Source: Terriglobia bacterium (GTDB taxonomy: Bacteria; Acidobacteriota; Terriglobia; 20CM-2-55-15). From it: a stretch of 64,000 nucleotides of DNA. The notes beneath the pieces were generated by a model, which was given only the letters and a program-made list of their open reading frames with translations, was not told the origin of the DNA and ran no database searches. Location of the stretch: positions 320,001 through 384,000 of the forward strand of contig CBDAOY010000009.1 of assembly GCA_965198225.1 (NCBI GenBank). The letters run 5' to 3'. Shown here piece after piece: positions 1 to 10,900 of the stretch; within the stretch, counting starts at the first letter, position 1; every line of letters begins with the position of its first letter. Both the position numbers and the translations under genes were made by a program.

Positions 1-2
1 TC

Positions 3-731
3 ATGATGGAGGTGATCGCCGGCCATGATCCGCGGGACAACTATTCGCGACAGGTCCCGACTCCGCGTTACTCGGAAGAATTGCAAGGTGGGATTCGCGG
101 CCTTCGCCTCGGCGTCCCACGTGAGACTTTCTACGCGCGACTCGAGCCGGAAGTCGACCAGGCGATACAGACCGCGTTGCGGCAGCTTGAACGAATGGGG
201 GCCGAATTCGTCGAAATCGATGTTCCGAAGGCCCATCTCCAGCGCGCGATCTTCGCCAACATCGCCTCTCCCGAGGCGTTCTCATGCCACGAGAAACACC
301 TGGCCTCGAGTCCCGAGCTCTATGGCCCCGACACCCGAGCGCGGATCGAAGCCGGACGCTTGATGCTCTCGACGGACTTCGTACGCGCGCAACGTGCCCG
401 TTCGATCTTGAAGGTCGAACTGGCGGCCGTCCTGGAAGCAGTCGATTTGATGGTCACACCGACCGTCCCCGTATCGGCGCCCCGGATCGACCAGACCGCT
501 ATCGAGTGGGACGACGGGACGGAATCCATCGTCGGCGCGCTGACTCGGAACACCCGACTCTTCAACATCACAGGTCTACCGGCGATCACAGTGCCGTGCG
601 GCTTTACCTCCCGGCACCTGCCCGTCGGGCTTCAAATCATCGGGCGAGCCTTCGATGAGGCTTCCGTCTTCCGGGCGGCGTACGCATACGAACAAGACGC
701 CGGATGGTGGGAGCGCCGGCCCGAGATGTAG
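3..731 (+). CDS. Amidase family protein (GatA-like), C-terminal part; 5' end outside window
   Basis: IAGHDPRD, LRLGVP, D..VTPT.P, FNITGLPAITVPCGF, LPVGLQIIG..FDE: amidase signature C-terminal motifs. Confidence 0.85.
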   Translation: MMEVIAGHDPRDNYSRQVPTPRYSEELQGGIRGLRLGVPRETFYARLEPEVDQAIQTALRQLERMGAEFVEIDVPKAHLQRAIFANIASPEAFSCHEKHLASSPELYGPDTRARIEAGRLMLSTDFVRAQRARSILKVELAAVLEAVDLMVTPTVPVSAPRIDQTAIEWDDGTESIVGALTRNTRLFNITGLPAITVPCGFTSRHLPVGLQIIGRAFDEASVFRAAYAYEQDAGWWERRPEM

Positions 732-944
732 CCCTCACTCACCCGAATACGCCGGGACAACCAACGAAGCGTTGAATTCGAGGACGCAGACCGAATTCTT
801 GGGTGCCCAAACCGACGGTCTGATAGTCCGGGCGATTCGGTCTCCGTCCCCGAATTCCCCAACAGCGGGGCTTGGCGTCGGTGAGAAATGCGGGTGCCCG
901 AACATTCGTGAAGAAGTTCGGGCTAGTGTTATTATCTGGGGCCT

Positions 945-2465
945 ATGTTCGGCAAAATCCTCATCGCCAACCGGGGAGAGATCGCCGTCCGGGTCATCCG
1001 AGCCTGCCGGGAACTGGGCATTCCGACGGTAGCGGTGTACTCCGACGTCGACGCCGGAGCTCTTCACGTCCGCATGGCGGATGAAGCATTTCCGATCGGT
1101 CCCGCGCGGTCCACGGAGAGCTATCTCGTCATCGAAAAGATCCTCGATGTCGCACGGCGGTCCGGCGCAGAGGCCGTCCACCCCGGCTACGGATTCCTTG
1201 CTGAGAATGCGGACTTTGCCCGGGCTTGCGAAAAGGATGGCATCATCTTCATCGGTCCCTCCGCTGACTCAATCGCCTTGATGGGCTCGAAGCTCGAGGC
1301 TCGTAGGGCGGTGTCCAAGCACGACGTGCCGATGGTACCCGGAACGATGGATCCGATAACTTCGGACGCCGATGCGCTCCGGATCGCCGAGGAAGTCGGC
1401 TTTCCGCTGATGCTGAAGGCGTCGGCCGGGGGCGGGGGAAAAGGTCTGCGGTTCGTCGGATCGGCTGGGGAAATGGAAAGCGCGCTACGCGGGACGCGCG
1501 CTGAAGCCCTGGCCGCCTTCGGCGACGACGCCGTCTACATTGAAAAGTTCCTCGAACGTCCGCGCCACGTTGAAATCCAGATTCTGGCTGATCGTCACGG
1601 CAACGCGATCCACCTTGGGGAGCGGGAGTGCACGATTCAGCGCAGGCATCAGAAAGTGATCGAGGAGTCACCGTCACCCATCATGACTGAGGAACTGCGC
1701 GTCCGGATGGGGGCGGCCGCGCTCCGGGTTGGCGAAGCTGCGGGTTACTACAACGCGGGGACGGTGGAATTCCTCATCGATCAGGCGAGGAACTTCTACT
1801 TTCTGGAAATGAACACCCGTCTGCAGGTGGAGCATCCCATCACCGAGGCGGTTACCGGCATTGATCTCGTCAAGCAGCAGCTATACATCGCGTCGGGCGA
1901 GAAACTGTCGATCCGGCAGGAAGACATCGAGTTCCGAGGAGCCGCAATCGAATGCCGGATCTACGCTGAAGATCCGGCGAACAACTTTTTCCCCTCGCCC
2001 GGGCGAATCTCCATGCTCCGAGTCCCGTCCGGCCCGGGCGTTCGCGACGACAGCGGTGTTTACGCGGGCTGGAATGTACCCTTGGAATACGACCCGCTGT
2101 TGTCCAAGCTGGTCGCATGGGCGCCCAACCGCGGTGAAGCAATTGCGAGGATGCGAAGGGCCCTGGACGAGTACCAGATCGGCGGCATCAAGGACAACAC
2201 GTCTTTCTTCAAGGACGTCTTGAATCATCCGGAGTTTGTCACTGGAGATTTCGACACGGGCTTCATCGACCGCTGGGTCGCCGCGCGAGCCGTCCGCGGA
2301 GAGACAGAAGCTGTATCCGAGGTCGAAGAGGACTTCGCGATCCTCGTAGCGGCCGTGTTTCATTCGCGCCGACAGCAGGCTGCCAGGAATGGATCATCGG
2401 CTCCGCGAGCCAGCGAGTGGAAGCTAGCGGGTCGTAAGGACCAGCTCCGGAGGTCGAAGCCATGA
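945..2465 (+). CDS. accC: Biotin carboxylase subunit of acetyl/propionyl-CoA carboxylase
   Basis: KILIANRGEIA, HPGYGFLAEN, KASAGGGGKG, FLEMNTRLQVEH. Confidence 0.93.
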   Translation: MFGKILIANRGEIAVRVIRACRELGIPTVAVYSDVDAGALHVRMADEAFPIGPARSTESYLVIEKILDVARRSGAEAVHPGYGFLAENADFARACEKDGIIFIGPSADSIALMGSKLEARRAVSKHDVPMVPGTMDPITSDADALRIAEEVGFPLMLKASAGGGGKGLRFVGSAGEMESALRGTRAEALAAFGDDAVYIEKFLERPRHVEIQILADRHGNAIHLGERECTIQRRHQKVIEESPSPIMTEELRVRMGAAALRVGEAAGYYNAGTVEFLIDQARNFYFLEMNTRLQVEHPITEAVTGIDLVKQQLYIASGEKLSIRQEDIEFRGAAIECRIYAEDPANNFFPSPGRISMLRVPSGPGVRDDSGVYAGWNVPLEYDPLLSKLVAWAPNRGEAIARMRRALDEYQIGGIKDNTSFFKDVLNHPEFVTGDFDTGFIDRWVAARAVRGETEAVSEVEEDFAILVAAVFHSRRQQAARNGSSAPRASEWKLAGRKDQLRRSKP

Positions 2466-2959
2466 AATATACGGCGCTGCTTGGGGACAAAGAAGTCGCC
2501 GTTAGACTCGGCAACGAGGTCGGGGCCGCGGTCCGGGCCAGGATCGCCGACCGAGATTATGAGATTACGCTGTACGAAGTCGAACCGGGCGTCTTCTGGT
2601 TCAGCGATGGCGATCGATCCGTGGAGGCGGCCGTGATCGCAAACGCGGAAGGCTACACCGTCGCGATGGGCGGCCGATACGTCAAGCTGGAGCTGCTGGA
2701 CGGCCGCAGTGCGCTCCGGCGCTCTGCACAAGTCGGCTGCAGCGGCCTGGCGGAGGTGCGCGCTCCGATGCCAGGCAAGGTTGTCGAGATTCTCGTCGAA
2801 GAGGGTTCCACGGTGGAAGCCAACCAGGGCATCGTCGTGATCGAAGCCATGAAGATGCAGAACGAGATGCGATCACCGAAGGCGGGAGCGGTACAGAAGA
2901 TTTCCGTCGAAGTAGGGATGACGGTCGATTCGGGCGCCCTACTGGCGACTGTGGAATAA
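2462..2959 (+). CDS. Biotin carboxyl carrier protein
   Basis: APMPGKV and EAMKM biotinylation motif; overlaps accC stop. Confidence 0.92.
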   Translation: MKYTALLGDKEVAVRLGNEVGAAVRARIADRDYEITLYEVEPGVFWFSDGDRSVEAAVIANAEGYTVAMGGRYVKLELLDGRSALRRSAQVGCSGLAEVRAPMPGKVVEILVEEGSTVEANQGIVVIEAMKMQNEMRSPKAGAVQKISVEVGMTVDSGALLATVE

Positions 2960-3036
2960 AGGATGTGTAGGTGCGCTCTATGAGCGCACATCCCTCGAAC
3001 CTGACCAACGTGCGGTCATAGACCGCACCTACACCA

Positions 3037-4068
3037 CTATGACGTTCCCCCGGCCCGTTCGAGTATTCGCCGCGCGAGGAAATTCTGGATACTGGAGTTG
3101 TTCCGCGCGATCTCGAAGAACGCACCTTTCAACATTTGATCTTTCCGGTCGAAGATGACCTGTCGAATCTGTGCCTGGACCCGGGGGTCGGTCAGGTCCT
3201 TCTGTCCGCCTGCGTCCTTTTCGAGCAACTTCAGGATGTGGTAGCCGAAACGGGTTTCGACCACTCGGGGATACGTCTCACCGACTCTCATCTGTATCGC
3301 CGCATCCGCCATCGCTGGATCGACCCCGCCGATGGCATCGATCGGCTGGAAGTTCAGGTCGCCACCAAGCGGTGCGGAAGCCGGATCTTCGGAAAGCTGT
3401 CGCGCGAGGGTCGCGAAATCGCCGCCGCCCTGAATCTGTCGCAGTAGCCGTTGTGCCTTGGCGCTGGCCTCTGCAGGAGTCTTCGCGTCGTCGCCCTCCG
3501 TGTTCGTGACCTCCGGCTCCTCGACCGGCGTGATCAGGACGTGGGCCAATCGAAACGTCTCGGGAAGATTGAAACTTTCCTTGTTCTTGTTGAAAAAATC
3601 TTCTATCTCGATCTCGCTAACCGAGATCTTGGAGGTAATTTCCTTGTTGACGAGCTTTTCGATCGTAAGCTGGGTACGCATCTGTTCCCGCAGATCCGTC
3701 GTTGTCAGCTTCTGCTCATCGAGCAACTCCTGGAACCGCTCTTCGGTGAACTGGCTTTTGAACTCGTTGAACTGAACGTCCACTTCGGCGTCGGTAGCCG
3801 TGAGAGCGGCCTCGCCGGCCAGCTGCAACAGCACTTCGTTGTTGATGAGTTCACCTAGAAGCTGCAGCTTCAGATCTTCTATTTCCTCCTCGGACGGCGC
3901 CGGATCGGCGCCTTGAACCCGGCTCTCGAATTCTTTGTCGAGGTCCTCGCTCGTGATATCGACATCGTTCACACGGGCTACCACATTGGTTGGGGCGGTC
4001 GCATCCGAAGAGCAGGATGAGCCCAGAACCAGGACTGCTAGGATCGCTAACGCAAGAAATGGCTTCAC
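3037..4068 (-). CDS. Parvulin-type peptidyl-prolyl isomerase, SurA/PrsA-like (probable lipoprotein)
   Basis: Signal peptide with Cys, VARVN, F..LARQLSED..SA..GGDL, TRFGYHILK. Confidence 0.88.
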   Translation of the reverse strand: MKPFLALAILAVLVLGSSCSSDATAPTNVVARVNDVDITSEDLDKEFESRVQGADPAPSEEEIEDLKLQLLGELINNEVLLQLAGEAALTATDAEVDVQFNEFKSQFTEERFQELLDEQKLTTTDLREQMRTQLTIEKLVNKEITSKISVSEIEIEDFFNKNKESFNLPETFRLAHVLITPVEEPEVTNTEGDDAKTPAEASAKAQRLLRQIQGGGDFATLARQLSEDPASAPLGGDLNFQPIDAIGGVDPAMADAAIQMRVGETYPRVVETRFGYHILKLLEKDAGGQKDLTDPRVQAQIRQVIFDRKDQMLKGAFFEIARNNSSIQNFLARRILERAGGTS

Positions 4069-4288
4069 CAGAAGTGCTCCCTAAGTATCAAAGTAATTAG
4101 TCATTCTAGCACTGCAAACAGGCCCACCGACAAGCATTATGCCGGGATCCAACGCCGGCGTCACCACGGCCTCTTTGAGCGGAAACCCCTTATCTGGTAT
4201 AATTTGCGAGTTATATCGTTGGCGGAAAGGTCGCCGGGTGCACCGAATTCACCTGGTGCCGGACGCCTGATGAGGAGCGCAATTCTCT

Positions 4289-4480
4289 ATGGCAAAACGG
4301 TGCGAAATCTGTGGCAAGGGTCCGATGTACGGAAACCGGGTCAGCCACGCTCACAACCTCACCAGAAGGCGATGGAATCCCAACCTTCAGCGCGTTCGAG
4401 TACTCGTCGGAAAGACACCGAAACGGATGCGGGTCTGCACCAGCTGTATTCGCAATGGACGCGTTGTCAAACCAGCTTGA
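4289..4480 (+). CDS. rpmB: 50S ribosomal protein L28
   Basis: [36 protein letters not shown]; AGGAG upstream. Confidence 0.97.
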   Translation: MAKRCEICGKGPMYGNRVSHAHNLTRRRWNPNLQRVRVLVGKTPKRMRVCTSCIRNGRVVKPA

Positions 4481-4507
4481 TCGAACACACTTAGCCGGAC
4501 TGGATTA

Positions 4508-4536
4508 AAGCCCTGTGAAAGCAGGGCTTTCTCTAT
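4508..4536 (+). terminator. Probable intrinsic terminator after rpmB
   Basis: aaagccctg-tgaaag-cagggcttt hairpin followed by T-rich tract. Confidence 0.7.
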
Positions 4537-4576
4537 TGATGTAGTCGTCTCGCCACAACGACCGTCAAAGGGTTTT

Positions 4577-7327
4577 ATGAGGGTAATCCGCCTGCTCACC
4601 GTGATCCTTTTGCCGCTGACGGCCCTCGCCCAACAGCCCTACCTCGGAACCCGCATCTCGAGGGTCGAAATCATCGGCGCCCCCGGCGAGGTCATCGAAC
4701 AGATCCCCCTCCGTCCCGACGACATCATCAGCCCAGCCGCCATCCGCGCGGCGATCCAGGAGCTCTACGAGAGCGGCCGCTACGCGAGCATCGAAGTGGA
4801 TGCCACGCCGGAGGCAGACGGGAGAACAACTCTCACTTTCAGAGTTCGCGCGCCGTACTTTTTCTCTACGATTCGACTCGAGCCCGCAAACCTTCTCGAG
4901 CGACCACTGTCGAGCTACCTCAGTTTTCCTTACGGAGAGCGATTCTCGCGCACCGAATTGGATCGGATCGTCGAGCGAATCTCCAGTCAGCTGCAAGAAG
5001 AAGGATACTTCCAGGCCCGAATCGTGCCCTCCTACGAATTCGACGAGGAAACCCGCCTGGCGAGCGTCGTGATCACGGCCACTGCCGCGCGGCGCGCTCA
5101 GATTCAGGAAGTCCGGTTCCAGGGCGGAGAGCAGACTTTCGGAGCGGAGGAACTTCAGTCGTTCTTCGGGGTTCGACCGGGGTCTTCGTTCTCCGCGGAT
5201 GCGCTCGAATCGGGTCTCGCCAACATCCGAGGCGAGTTCGCAGAACTGGGGTTCCTGAACACAATCGTTACGCCGGAACAGATCTACGATGACGAAGCCA
5301 ATTCCCTCGCCATAAAAGTTGTCATCCAGCCCGGCCCCTTCACTTACGTCGAGGTTCGCGGACACGAAATCTCCGACAAAGACATCCGGGAGCTTGTTCC
5401 CATCTACGAGGAAGGCAGCATCGATCCCGACCTGATCGAGGAGGGTCTGGCCGCGATCCTGGAACACATGTACCAGGATGGATACTTCGAAGCCACCGTT
5501 CGGTCCGAGCTGATCGTGGCCCCACTGGACAATGCGTTTCAGGTGAACTATGACATCGAGCCCGGAGAACGGCATTTGATCCGGGAGGTACGAATCGAAG
5601 GCAACGAATTCTTCGACGATGAGTTCCTCGTGGACCGGATCGGGATCTCTCAGCAGGGCATGTTCAGCCGTGGCGTCTTCAGCGCGGAGCTGCTCGGCCA
5701 GGCCGTCGAAACCATCGAACGGCTCTACGGAGGCGCGGGCTTCGAGAACACGCGGATCGAACCGGAGTATTCGACCGCCGAGACAGCCATTACCGTGACG
5801 CTCCGTGTCCAGGAAGGTCGCCGGATCCTGATCGCGGACATCTCATTCACGGAAAACCGCGTTCTGGACCATACCGAGCTCGCACCGCTCGCCGCTCTGC
5901 TGCCTGGATACGTCTACACGCCCGGCGCGATCGCCGACGGGCGCAGGGCGATCATCGCGCGGTACCACGCGCTCGGATTCCCGGATGTTCAGATTGAACC
6001 AGTGGTCTCGAGGAGGGACAACGGAGACGTCGACGTTCGGTTTGAGATCGAAGAAGGTGCAGCGTACGCGATCGGACGGATCTTCGTGGCCGGCAACACG
6101 CGAACCCGCGATGGGGTCGTCCATCGCAACAGCGAGCTGCTGGAGGGGACACCGTACGATCCCGATACGATCCTGCAGGCAGAGCAGCGACTGTACGCCA
6201 CAGGGCTCTTCAATCGCGTCGACATCGTCACCCTCGAGAAAGAAACGTCGGACCTGAGGGACCTCTTGATCCAGGTCGAAGATGCCGGCCCCCTCCTGCT
6301 GACCTACGGCATCGGTGCCCAGGACCGAGAGGGCGTGCGCGGAACTGTGGAGATTTCCCACACCAACCTGTTCGGCCTGGACCGCTCGATCAGTCTGCGG
6401 GTACGGGGGAGCAAGCGGGAGCAGCGCTTCCAGACCACCTTCCGGGAACCGCGACTGTTCAACCGAGAGATCGACGGGTTCGCCTCGCTGTTCGTCGAGC
6501 GGACGCGGCAGCGCACCTTTGACGCCAGCACCGTAAATATTTCTCTCCAGTCGCTGAAGCGAATCCGGGATCGAGACAGCCTTCTCTTCTCAGCAAGCTT
6601 TGAAACTGTCAACCTGCGCGACATACGCGTAAACCCGCAAGCCCAGAACTTCCCGGACGAGATCGGCACGATACAGATCTCACGCCTCGGGGGATCTTAC
6701 ATCCACGACACGCGAAACGATCCGATCGACCCCGGCCGGGGAAACTTCTTCACCGGCACCTTTCAGTACGCCAACCACGCGCTCGGCTCGGAAGTCGACT
6801 TCACGTCGCTCTTCCTGCAGGCCAACATCTACAGGCCGGCGAAACAGGCCGTCATCGCTGCATCGGCCCGATTCGGCTGGAATCAGCCGTACGGCGAAAC
6901 CGAATCGCTACCGATCACGGAACGCTACTTTGCCGGAGGATCGACGACGTTGCGGGGGTTCGGCCTGGATGAAGCCGGTCCGGCGGACCAGCGCCGGATT
7001 CCTCGAGAGACGAGGAACTACGTCCCAACCGGCGGAAACGCCCTGGCGATCCTGAACCTCGAGTATCGTTTCCCGATCCCGTTCCCGTTATCGGGCCTCG
7101 GTGGAGCCGTGTTCTACGACACCGGCAACGTGTTTCCGCTGATTTCGGATTTCAACTTCGGCGACTTTACGCACACGGCAGGTTTTGGTCTGCGCTACCA
7201 GACTCCGCTCGGTCCGATCCGTGTGGACTTCGGTTTCAATCTCAACCGGCAATCCACCTTAATTCAGGGAGTCGTCAAACGGGAATCGCTGAATCAGGTG
7301 TTCTTTACGCTGGGACATACGTTCTGA
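4577..7327 (+). CDS. Omp85 family outer-membrane protein (BamA/TamA-like) with multiple POTRA domains
   Basis: Signal peptide, POTRA-like repeats, FAGGSTTLRGF, GLRYQTPLGPIRVDFG, C-terminal Phe. Confidence 0.9.
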   Translation: MRVIRLLTVILLPLTALAQQPYLGTRISRVEIIGAPGEVIEQIPLRPDDIISPAAIRAAIQELYESGRYASIEVDATPEADGRTTLTFRVRAPYFFSTIRLEPANLLERPLSSYLSFPYGERFSRTELDRIVERISSQLQEEGYFQARIVPSYEFDEETRLASVVITATAARRAQIQEVRFQGGEQTFGAEELQSFFGVRPGSSFSADALESGLANIRGEFAELGFLNTIVTPEQIYDDEANSLAIKVVIQPGPFTYVEVRGHEISDKDIRELVPIYEEGSIDPDLIEEGLAAILEHMYQDGYFEATVRSELIVAPLDNAFQVNYDIEPGERHLIREVRIEGNEFFDDEFLVDRIGISQQGMFSRGVFSAELLGQAVETIERLYGGAGFENTRIEPEYSTAETAITVTLRVQEGRRILIADISFTENRVLDHTELAPLAALLPGYVYTPGAIADGRRAIIARYHALGFPDVQIEPVVSRRDNGDVDVRFEIEEGAAYAIGRIFVAGNTRTRDGVVHRNSELLEGTPYDPDTILQAEQRLYATGLFNRVDIVTLEKETSDLRDLLIQVEDAGPLLLTYGIGAQDREGVRGTVEISHTNLFGLDRSISLRVRGSKREQRFQTTFREPRLFNREIDGFASLFVERTRQRTFDASTVNISLQSLKRIRDRDSLLFSASFETVNLRDIRVNPQAQNFPDEIGTIQISRLGGSYIHDTRNDPIDPGRGNFFTGTFQYANHALGSEVDFTSLFLQANIYRPAKQAVIAASARFGWNQPYGETESLPITERYFAGGSTTLRGFGLDEAGPADQRRIPRETRNYVPTGGNALAILNLEYRFPIPFPLSGLGGAVFYDTGNVFPLISDFNFGDFTHTAGFGLRYQTPLGPIRVDFGFNLNRQSTLIQGVVKRESLNQVFFTLGHTF

Positions 7328-7974
7328 TGCTGCATTCAAAGCTCACGATAAATCGGCCCGGACGCGGTGTCCGACGCTGCAAGCGCTTCGGAATCCTCTT
7401 GTGGGTTGTCGCGTTGGGCACTGCCGTTCTGGACTCCGCTAGCGCCGACGTGATCGACAAGTTGATGGCTGTCGTCGAGGGCCAGGTCGTCACGCTCAGC
7501 GACCTGGAGCAGCACCGCGCTCTGGCTCGACTGTTCGGGGACCCTGTTCCGGAAGACGACCGGTCAGCGCTCCGAGAAGTCATCGAGAATCTGCTCATCC
7601 GAAGGGAAGTTGGCAACTTTCCGGGCATTCAGATCACAGAGGACGAACTTGACGCTTACCTGTCTCAGTTGAGGAGTACGGAAGAGCTACCGGCGGAAAC
7701 CGTTCGTACCGCGGTTCACGACCGGCTTCGACTGATCCGCTTTGTGGATCTTCGGTTCCGCCAATTCGTTCAGGCCAACGACGAGGAGATCGGTCGCTAC
7801 TACGCCGATGTTTTCATCCCCGAGGCTCAGGCACAGGGCCTCGCGCCAGTGCCTACGCTGGATGGGGTTCGCAATCTGATCCGAACGAACGTGATCGAAG
7901 AAAAAGTCAGCAAAGAGATCACAGTTTGGACGGAAGCCTTGTACCGGAGAAGTGAAATTGAAGTTGTTGAGTAG
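7327..7974 (+). CDS. SurA N-terminal domain-like periplasmic chaperone
   Basis: VIDKLMAVVEGQVVTLSDL; lies between Omp85 and TamB genes; true start may be further downstream. Confidence 0.7.
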   Translation: MLHSKLTINRPGRGVRRCKRFGILLWVVALGTAVLDSASADVIDKLMAVVEGQVVTLSDLEQHRALARLFGDPVPEDDRSALREVIENLLIRREVGNFPGIQITEDELDAYLSQLRSTEELPAETVRTAVHDRLRLIRFVDLRFRQFVQANDEEIGRYYADVFIPEAQAQGLAPVPTLDGVRNLIRTNVIEEKVSKEITVWTEALYRRSEIEVVE

Positions 7975-10900
7975 GAAAAGAATACTCGCTCTCATGAGCG
8001 TGATGACGCTGGCTCTACTCGCCGTGGTTGCGGGCGCGGTGTATTTCCTGAGCTCACCTGATTTTGATGATTTTGCTGCCGACTACATTGTGGATCGAAT
8101 CGAATCGGCATCCGGGGGGCAGGCGGAGCTGGAAGGATTCGAAGCCGATTTCTGGCAACAGCGTTTCCTGCTCGAAGGCCTGAGCCTGCGATCAGAAGAT
8201 GATTCGGGAGATCGCGCTCTGATGGAAATCGATCAGATCGATCTCGGTCTCAACCTGATGGCGATGATCAGAAGGAAACTCGATCTGTCGAGTTTGACGC
8301 TGACGCGACCGCGACTCTACATCGACATCGCACCCGATGGTTCGACGAACATTCCCACTCTCGAACAACGAGCGGATCAAGGGGGATCGTCTTTTGAGGT
8401 CTCCATAGACGCGTTAAACGTCGACGGGGGTGAAGTGTTGATCGGCGAGCGACGCGTCAACATCGACTTCGCACTCGCCGAACTCGATGGTTCCTTCGAA
8501 TATGCGGGCGCGACAGGCGTCCTGTCCGGACACCTCGAATACGAAGGAACAGTCGAACGAGCCGATCGTTCGCCGATTCCCTACAAGCTGCGGGCGGACT
8601 TCGACCATACGGCCGGCACGGTGCTGGTTCACACCGCCGAGCTCAGTTCGGGTGAGTCGAGAGTGACGCTGAGGGGGCGGGTGGACGATGTGCTTCGCTC
8701 GGGCTCGGGCCGTATGGACTACAACGGTTCCACGCATCTGCCGTTCATGAACTACTTCTTCACAAGAGAGGACTTCGAGGGGACCCTGGAGTTCGCCGGC
8801 GAGCTGAGCTTCTCGAGCGACCACTTCTCGGCGACGGGACACGCCACTGGAGAAAGGGTTGCGGTCGACGACTGGATCGCCACGGACCTGGAATCCGACT
8901 TCGAGTATGCCTTCCCGGAGCGAAGGCTCAGGGCCACCGCCATCGAGATGAATGCCCTTGCGGGGAGGGTCAACGGGATTGCAGATATCGGACCGTTACC
9001 AGGCCCTGGCCGACGGGTCGAACTGGATCTCTCGTACTCCGACGTCGACGCGGCGCGACTCCGCCGCATCTATCCGTGGGACCGGCAGTACGTGATCGAT
9101 TCCCTCGCCACAGGAACACTCCAGGGCTGGTTCGAGGGTAAGTTCACCCGGTTCGAATTCGAGGGGAACTCGAATCTCGTTCCCGCTGACGTGTCCGATC
9201 GGGAAGGCACCGTTTCTCTGGCGCTGAGCGGAGAGACTCACTACGAAGGAACGCCGGGCTCAGTTCGTCTCACCGACGCCACCGCCCGTCTCGGTGCGAC
9301 CGACATCGAGGCTGACGGGTTGGTGGACCGGGTCAGCTCCTCCCTCGAGCTCTCGCTCAAATCCGCCGATCTCGGCGATCTCGACTTTCTGTACGATGGC
9401 GCCAACGGGTCCGGCGAATTCGACGGGACAGTCACGGGACCGATCGGGGAACCGGTGATCGCGGGTCAGTTCGTCGTTTCCGGCTACAGGAGTGGAAATT
9501 GGGGCCTCGATCGACTCGCCGGTAAAGCCCGCCTGAATCCGGACAGGATCGCACTCGAAGGGGTTCAAGTGTCGGACGGTCGGTCGGAACTCGTGATGAG
9601 TGGGAGCGTCGGGCTGGATGGCGCGGATCCTGATCTGGACATCCGGGTGCGGAGCTTGCACGGAAAGGATCTCGAGGAGTTCGTAGCGTCACCTTTCGAC
9701 GGCCAGTTCAGCGGCGACGTCCATGTCGCATCGATAGCGCCGATCGAGGCCAGTGGAAAACTGCAAGCCCGCAACCTCGTCTACGAAGGCCGTCTGCTGG
9801 GAAACGCACAAACGGACTTCAATTTCGATGACGCCGAGATCCGACTCAGCGATCTGGCTCTCGAGCGGGAGGACGCCAACCTTCAAGCCAGCCTGATCTA
9901 CCGGCGCGCTTCAGACGAGATCAACGTCGACCTGACTTCGTCGGGTCTGACATTGGAAGAACTCCATTCGCTGGGCGTGCCGTCGGCGTTCAGCGGGACC
10001 ATCCGCGATGCCGATTTTAACGTCCGCGGCACACGGTCGCTGCCTCAAGTCGAAGGCAGCGCCAGCGTGGAGGAATTTCGCTTCCGGCAACAACATTTTC
10101 CGAGGGTCGACCTCAGCGTCGGTACTTCCGCGCGCCTGGTCCGCGCACGCATCGAAACGACGCAGAATCTAACGCTCGAAGCTGAGTTCAATGCGGCCGA
10201 AGATGGATACCCCTTTACCGGTAAAGCCGATTACTCCGATTACGCGATCGACCAACTAACAGGAATGGCTACGGGTTCGCTGGTCGCGACCGGAACCGCG
10301 TCGTTTGCCGGATTGCTTGCAGACTTCTCGACACTCGCTGGAGAGGGCGAGGTCACCGACTTGAGGGCGGTCTTCCGGGACCGGGTCCTCGGTATCGCCC
10401 AACCCTTCCCGTTTCGCTTTGATTCCCAGCGCCTGACCCTGTCGGAAATCAACCTTAGCGGGGGCGCGACTTCGATCCGACTTTCAGGCACGGCAGCGCT
10501 TGCGGAAACAACGCCACTCGACCTGAGCATCAACGGCGCGGTCGACCTGTCGCTCGTCGCGGGCGGCATTCCCAATATCGAGGCCGACGGCAGCCTCACG
10601 TTGGAAGGAACGGTGACGGGTGGAATCCGGAATCCGGAACTGCGTGGCCTGGCGCAACTGGAAGACGTATCGCTCGGTCACGAAGGGCTATTCCTGCGCC
10701 TTTCGTCCGTGAACGGCGGCTTGTTCTTTGACGGGAACAGCGTGAACTTGACCGATGTCGAGGGAAGTGCGGGCGGGGGTCGGGTTACGATGCGGGGATC
10801 GATCGACGTCGAGAACCTCAGCCTGGGAGCCTTCGATGTTCGACTGGACTTGTCGAATGTCCGTCTGCGCGATCCGGAGGGACTCCGGACGGTGGTATCG